Source of the DNA: Thermodesulfobacteriota bacterium
Lineage (GTDB): Bacteria > Desulfobacterota_D > UBA1144 > Nemesobacterales > Mycalebacteriaceae
Length of the DNA stretch: 64,000 nucleotides
Direction: 5' to 3'
Assembly: GCA_965198945.1 (NCBI GenBank)
Contig: CBDAQI010000001.1
Location: 32,001-96,000 of the forward strand
A program made the translations under genes and the position numbers. The notes under the pieces are model-generated. The model was not told the DNA's origin and did no database searches. It saw only the letters and a program-made list of their open reading frames with translations. This document shows positions 59,166-64,000 of the stretch, piece after piece (the first letter of the stretch is position 1; each line of letters opens with the position of its first letter).

Positions 59166-61373
59166 TTGAATATAAGAAAATTTTACGACAGGCTCGCCGG
59201 TTATTTTATAGTTCTGGGAGGCGTGGCGATCATTGCCAGCATACTGGCCGTTTTTGTCTTCATACTTGCTGAAGTTCTGCCTCTTTTTTCAAAACCGACC
59301 GGCGGATCTTTACAAAAAACCGCCTTGTCATCTCACGCGGCCGGGGCTTTGGGGGTGGGTGTTGACGAATATATGCTGACCGCTTACGCGGTTCTGCCGG
59401 ACGGAAAGCTGAAGTTTTTCTCAGTTGAAACCGGAGAGGCGGAAAAAACTTTTGACACCGGGTCCGGCGCTCTTTCTTTTTCAGTTCAAACAGACTCAAA
59501 GGGATTTGCGCTCGGAGGGACTGACGGTTTTGCGCGGATTTTCACACTCCACTATCAGGAAACCCATCCGGACGGCGTGAGGAAGGTCGTAAGTGAGATT
59601 AAAAAAGCTGCGGAGGTTCCGGTGGCCGCCGGTTCGGGTTTGCTGAGCCTGTCTTTTGTCCGTCCCGATTCACAGTCCGTGCTTCTCGCGGCTCACACCG
59701 AAGACGGCAGGCTTATTTTTGTTTCCGGTCTGGGGGAGGAGGAAGACCAAAACCCGTTTGCCGATAAAGAGCCCGGAGATGAAGCGCTTAGGCTTGAGTT
59801 TTCCTCAAGCGATTTAACGACTGATATCGGGGATGAAAAAATCACCGCGGTGGCTTTTTTGGAAAACGGGAATATTCTTTGCGCCGCCACTTCTTCGGGC
59901 AGAATACTCCAGTGGAAAATTTCCGGGCAGGATTCCCCGGTTTTTCTCGGATCCGCCGATGCGACGGAAAATCGCTCCGTTGGTGTGACAATGATGGGTC
60001 TTGTTCTCGGAGGCCGTTCGGTTGTCGTCGGCGACTCTTCGGGGGGGCTGTCGGTATGGTTCCGTCCTTCGGATGAGGATTTCATAAAACCCGTCCATAA
60101 GTTCACCCCTTTTGAAGGAGCGGTTCGCAAGTTCTCAAACTCTTTGAGAAACAGGGGTTTTGTCGCGTCAGACTCTCTGGGCGGCATAGGGGTCTTTCAC
60201 GCCACAACAGCCCAGAGACGTTTGTTTTTTCAAAGCGGGGAAGAGGTCTCCGCTCTCGTTTTCGCCCCCAAGGGAAATGCCGTGGCGGCTTTGTCTCCGG
60301 ACGGTTCATTCAGCCGTTGGGATGTTAAAGACGACTATCCTGAAATCACCCTGAAGTCTGTTTTCTCAGCCGTCTGGTATGAGGGTTATGACTCGCCCAT
60401 ACATATGTGGCAGTCAACCGGGGGAACTGATGAGTTTGAGCCCAAACTCGGTCTTCTTCCGATAATTTTCGGCACTTTCAAGGGCGCCGTCTACTCGCTT
60501 ATTTTTGCCGTGCCTCTTGCGGTTCTTGCAGCCCTGTGCGTTTCCCAGTTCATGCATCCGTCATTTACCAAATACATCAAACCGGTAATTGAGATTATGG
60601 CGGGTCTGCCGAGCGTTGTAATAGGTTTTTTCGCCGGACTGTGGCTTTCTCCGATTCTTGAAAAAATTTTTCCCGCCCTTGTCATAATGCCGTTCACCGT
60701 TACCGCTTTTGCGCTGGCCTGTCTCTATCTGTGGAAGATTTTTGGCAAAAATATCCGCCGGCGCCTGAGGCAGGGAACCGAATATCTTCTCCTCGTTCCC
60801 GTGCTCGCAGCCTCGGTCGCTTTTTCCCTGTGGTTGAATGCGCCCGCGGAACAGTTTCTTTTTCAGGGAGACTACAAGATCTGGCTTGCCTCAATCGGGC
60901 TTGATTTTGACCAGAGAAACGCTCTGGTTGTTGGTTTTGCGATGGGCTTCGCGGTCATCCCGATAGTTTTTACAATAGCTGAAGACGCAATGTCCGGGGT
61001 GCCGAAACCACTTGTTGCGGCGTCTCTTGCGCTTGGGGCGAGCAGGTGGCAGACCGCCGTAAGAGTTGTTGTGCCGTCCGCAAGCGCGGGCATACTGTCT
61101 GCGGTTGTAATAGGTTTCGGCAGAGCCGTGGGAGAAACCATGATAGTTCTTATGGCGACCGGAAACACACCGCTTCTTGACTGGAACATATTCAACGGTT
61201 TCCGGGCCATGTCGGCGAACATAGCGGTTGAACTGCCCGAGGCTCCTCACGGCGGCGGGCTTTACAGGCTCATATTCTTTACAAGTCTTCTTCTGTTCCT
61301 TTTCACCTTTTTTCTTAACACGGTGGCTGAGTTTGTCAGAGGGAGGCTGGGAAGGAAATACCGCTCTTCTTGA
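59166..61373 (+). CDS. pstC: phosphate ABC permease with large periplasmic propeller-like domain
   Basis: WYEGY, WQSTGG, KPVIE.MA.LPSV, G.GRAVGETM...M..GN. Confidence 0.92.
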   Translation: MNIRKFYDRLAGYFIVLGGVAIIASILAVFVFILAEVLPLFSKPTGGSLQKTALSSHAAGALGVGVDEYMLTAYAVLPDGKLKFFSVETGEAEKTFDTGSGALSFSVQTDSKGFALGGTDGFARIFTLHYQETHPDGVRKVVSEIKKAAEVPVAAGSGLLSLSFVRPDSQSVLLAAHTEDGRLIFVSGLGEEEDQNPFADKEPGDEALRLEFSSSDLTTDIGDEKITAVAFLENGNILCAATSSGRILQWKISGQDSPVFLGSADATENRSVGVTMMGLVLGGRSVVVGDSSGGLSVWFRPSDEDFIKPVHKFTPFEGAVRKFSNSLRNRGFVASDSLGGIGVFHATTAQRRLFFQSGEEVSALVFAPKGNAVAALSPDGSFSRWDVKDDYPEITLKSVFSAVWYEGYDSPIHMWQSTGGTDEFEPKLGLLPIIFGTFKGAVYSLIFAVPLAVLAALCVSQFMHPSFTKYIKPVIEIMAGLPSVVIGFFAGLWLSPILEKIFPALVIMPFTVTAFALACLYLWKIFGKNIRRRLRQGTEYLLLVPVLAASVAFSLWLNAPAEQFLFQGDYKIWLASIGLDFDQRNALVVGFAMGFAVIPIVFTIAEDAMSGVPKPLVAASLALGASRWQTAVRVVVPSASAGILSAVVIGFGRAVGETMIVLMATGNTPLLDWNIFNGFRAMSANIAVELPEAPHGGGLYRLIFFTSLLLFLFTFFLNTVAEFVRGRLGRKYRSS

Positions 61374-61387
61374 GTTAGACAAACGGT

Positions 61388-62974
61388 GTGAAATTGAAAA
61401 ACACTTCTTTCAAACGGATGTTTAAGAGCGGAGACGCCTATTCCTGGCTGACGGGGCTCGCCCTGATGGCTTCTCTGCTGATGATAGCCGGACTGCTGTT
61501 TCTTGTTGCTTCAAAAGGCCTCGGGTTTTTCTGGCCTTCTCCTGTGGCAAAGGTGAATCTTTCTGACGGCTCCTCGCTTCTGGGGCAGTTCGCCGGAAAC
61601 GAAAAAACCGAAAACGGCTCCGAAACAAGATTTAAAGTCGGAAACAGAGACATCTACGGGCTCGCCTTCCGCTGGGTGAGTGACGATGAAATAGAGTCGG
61701 TTGAGTATCCGCCCGGGGCTTTTGTTATTCAGCGGTGGGAATGGGGAGACATGATCGGAACCGTGAAGGAGATCATAACCGGGGACGGTGCCGTTGTATT
61801 TGACGGAAACCCGGAGACTCTTTCGCAGTTTGTTTCCCACGCGCATGAGATCAGGAACAGAGCGGAAAAAATAGCCGTTTCCGAAGTGGGAGACATAGTT
61901 TACGAAATGGAAAAAATACGGGAGAGGGCAAAAGAAGACGGTGATTCGCCGTCTTCTTCCGCCCGCCTTTCCGAGCTTGAGAACGAATACGGACGCAAAG
62001 AGGCGGAGCTTGAAGACATCTATTCAAGGATGGACGAAAACATACTTGTGGTTGTTACGGCCGAGGGTGATGAAAAAGAGGTCTCTTTCGGCAATATAGA
62101 GAGGATTTTTGCCCCGAATTCAATGAGTTTCCTTTCCAAAACGGCTCTTTATCTGGAGAGGTTCTGGTCTTTTGTTTCAACAGACCCGCGCGAAGCCAAC
62201 ACCGAGGGGGGAATTTTCCCGGCGATAATGGGCACGGTGATTATGGTCATTATAATGAGCATACTTGTTATGCCGCTCGGAGTTCTGGCCGCTCTCTATT
62301 TGAGCGAATATTCAAAAAAAGGGCTTTTTGTAAGAATAGTCAGGATATGCGTGAACAACCTTGCGGGGGTTCCGTCCATTGTTTTCGGAGTTTTTGGTCT
62401 CGGTTTCTTCATATACGGAATAGGAGGCACGATAGATTCCATTTTCTATAAAGACGCCCTTCCCGCGCCCACATTCGGCACGGGCGGCATTTTATGGGCT
62501 TCGCTGACCCTCGCCCTGCTCACGGTTCCCGTGGTTGTTGTCTCAACCGAGGAGGGGCTTTCCCAGGTGCCGAGAAATATGCGCGAGGGTTCTCTCGCGC
62601 TCGGAGCCACCAAATTTGAGACCGTCTGGAAAGTTGTTCTTCCCGGCGCCCTGCCGGGCATTCTGACGGGTCTTATACTTGCAGTCGCAAGAGCGGCGGG
62701 AGAAGTGGCCCCACTTATGCTGACCGGTGTTGTAAAGCTTGCGCCCGATGCCGTGATAGACGGAAGGTTTCCGTTCATTCACGCCGAAAGGAAGTTTATG
62801 CACCTGGGGTTTCACATATACGATGTCGGGTTCCAGTCTCCAAACGTGGAAGCCGCAAAAGACATAGTCTACGCCACGGCTTTTCTTCTTATAGTTATTG
62901 TCGCAATTCTCAATCTCGCGGCTATTTTTCTGAGAAACAGGATAAGACACAAAAGATTCGGTCAGACAATTTGA
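61388..62974 (+). CDS. pstA: phosphate ABC permease
   Basis: PREANTEGGIFPA, NLAGVPSIVFG, ARAAGEVAPL. Confidence 0.93.
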   Translation: MKLKNTSFKRMFKSGDAYSWLTGLALMASLLMIAGLLFLVASKGLGFFWPSPVAKVNLSDGSSLLGQFAGNEKTENGSETRFKVGNRDIYGLAFRWVSDDEIESVEYPPGAFVIQRWEWGDMIGTVKEIITGDGAVVFDGNPETLSQFVSHAHEIRNRAEKIAVSEVGDIVYEMEKIRERAKEDGDSPSSSARLSELENEYGRKEAELEDIYSRMDENILVVVTAEGDEKEVSFGNIERIFAPNSMSFLSKTALYLERFWSFVSTDPREANTEGGIFPAIMGTVIMVIIMSILVMPLGVLAALYLSEYSKKGLFVRIVRICVNNLAGVPSIVFGVFGLGFFIYGIGGTIDSIFYKDALPAPTFGTGGILWASLTLALLTVPVVVVSTEEGLSQVPRNMREGSLALGATKFETVWKVVLPGALPGILTGLILAVARAAGEVAPLMLTGVVKLAPDAVIDGRFPFIHAERKFMHLGFHIYDVGFQSPNVEAAKDIVYATAFLLIVIVAILNLAAIFLRNRIRHKRFGQTI

Positions 62975-62991
62975 ACGGTTTGGAGTGAGAA

Positions 62992-63786
62992 ATGCAAGAT
63001 CAGTTTGAGTCCAGAGACAACACAAATTTTGAATCCGTAATAGCCGAGGTTAAAAACCTCTCGCTCAAATACGGTAATTCACTCGCGCTCAAAAACATAT
63101 CAATGCGCGTTCCGGAAAACATGTCCACCGCCCTCATAGGGCCTTCGGGCTGCGGAAAGTCAACCTTTCTGCGCTGTTTCAACCGGCTCAACGACCTCAT
63201 AGACGATGTTTCAATTGAGGGGGAGATATTTATCTCCAGAAACAACATATATGCTCCCGACCTTGAGGTGAGCGATTTGCGCAGACGGGTGGGCATGGTG
63301 TTTCAGAAGTCAAATCCTTTTTCCGCCTCAATTTACGAAAATGTCGCCTACGGGCCCCGCATAGCGGGGATGAGGAATAAAACCGACCTTGAAGAAATAG
63401 TGGAATCAAGCCTCCGGCAGGCGGGGCTCTGGCCCGAAGCGCGCGACCGTCTGAAAGAATCGGCCTTCGCGCTCTCAGGCGGTCAGCAGCAGCGTCTCTG
63501 CATAGCGCGGGCCATAGCAGTTCGCCCCGAGCTTCTGCTCATGGATGAGCCGTGCAGCGCTCTTGACCCCATAGCGACCGCGAGCATAGAAGAATTGATA
63601 AGAGAGCTGAAAAAGAAATACACGGTTGTTATTGTTACACACAACATGCAGCAGGCGGCGAGGGTTTCCGACTATACGATGTTCATGTATCTCGGACGGA
63701 TGGTTGAATACGATGAGACTGAAAAGATTTTTCTCAATCCTTATTTGAAGGAAACCGAGGACTATGTTTCAGGAAAGTTTGGATGA
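62992..63786 (+). CDS. pstB: phosphate ABC ATP-binding protein
   Basis: [42 protein letters not shown]. Confidence 0.96.
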   Translation: MQDQFESRDNTNFESVIAEVKNLSLKYGNSLALKNISMRVPENMSTALIGPSGCGKSTFLRCFNRLNDLIDDVSIEGEIFISRNNIYAPDLEVSDLRRRVGMVFQKSNPFSASIYENVAYGPRIAGMRNKTDLEEIVESSLRQAGLWPEARDRLKESAFALSGGQQQRLCIARAIAVRPELLLMDEPCSALDPIATASIEELIRELKKKYTVVIVTHNMQQAARVSDYTMFMYLGRMVEYDETEKIFLNPYLKETEDYVSGKFG

Positions 63787-63805
63787 GTAATAAACGGGGG
63801 AAAAT

Positions 63806-64000
63806 ATGGCAAACATAATCTCAGAAGAAATACAGGATCTCAGAAAGTCTCTGCTTGAGATGTCGGGCGTGGTTGACTCAATGCTTGAAAAAAGCATTGA
63901 GCTTATAAGAGACAACACGGACGCCAAGTCACGCATAGCCGAAATAAAGGATCTGGACGACAAGGTTGACTCAAAGGAGCTTGAGATTGACGCCAAGTGC
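63806..64000 (+). CDS. phoU: phosphate signalling protein PhoU (partial, runs off the right edge)
   Basis: MANIISEEIQDLRKSLLEMSGVV...DDKVDSKELEIDAKC, open to the end; follows pstB. Confidence 0.88.
   Translation, partial: MANIISEEIQDLRKSLLEMSGVVDSMLEKSIELIRDNTDAKSRIAEIKDLDDKVDSKELEIDAKC

Overview
Origin-proximal chromosomal core region of a Gram-negative, deltaproteobacteria-like bacterium. Gene content and style suggest Dadabacteria/Desulfobacterota_D, possibly a host-associated lineage; this is inference, not a database result. It holds oriC between dnaA and dnaN (DnaA boxes, DnaA-trios, switch in gene orientation), a parS site with a second DnaA-box cluster about 22 kb away beside mnmE, about 55 mostly housekeeping CDSs (gltX, coaE, rplM-rpsI, ino1, sodA, tilS, ihfA, pheT, mnmE, pabBC, leuA, hisBHC, pheA, tyrA, mutS, dapL, pstSCAB-phoU), three tRNAs, and four interrupted genes (outer-membrane barrel, phoX-like, radC, comM). 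Five unexpected signals stand out. (1) An Nmad2-Nmad3 nucleotide-modification gene pair is translationally coupled to coaE at the left edge. (2) Three promoter-anchored structured RNA candidates are present: a 130-nt G-U-rich rod at 7.6 kb, a three-way junction with kissing loops beside parS at 18.1 kb, and an anti-Shine-Dalgarno sRNA at 50.9 kb. (3) The radC-hisB junction appears twice in tandem, each copy with different cargo (an AT-rich SnoaL/hydrolase pair; a phoX-like gene). (4) The phoX-like gene has an in-frame UGA followed directly by a stem-loop. (5) The natural-transformation genes comM and radC are decaying. No CRISPR array, rRNA, integrase or transposase was seen.
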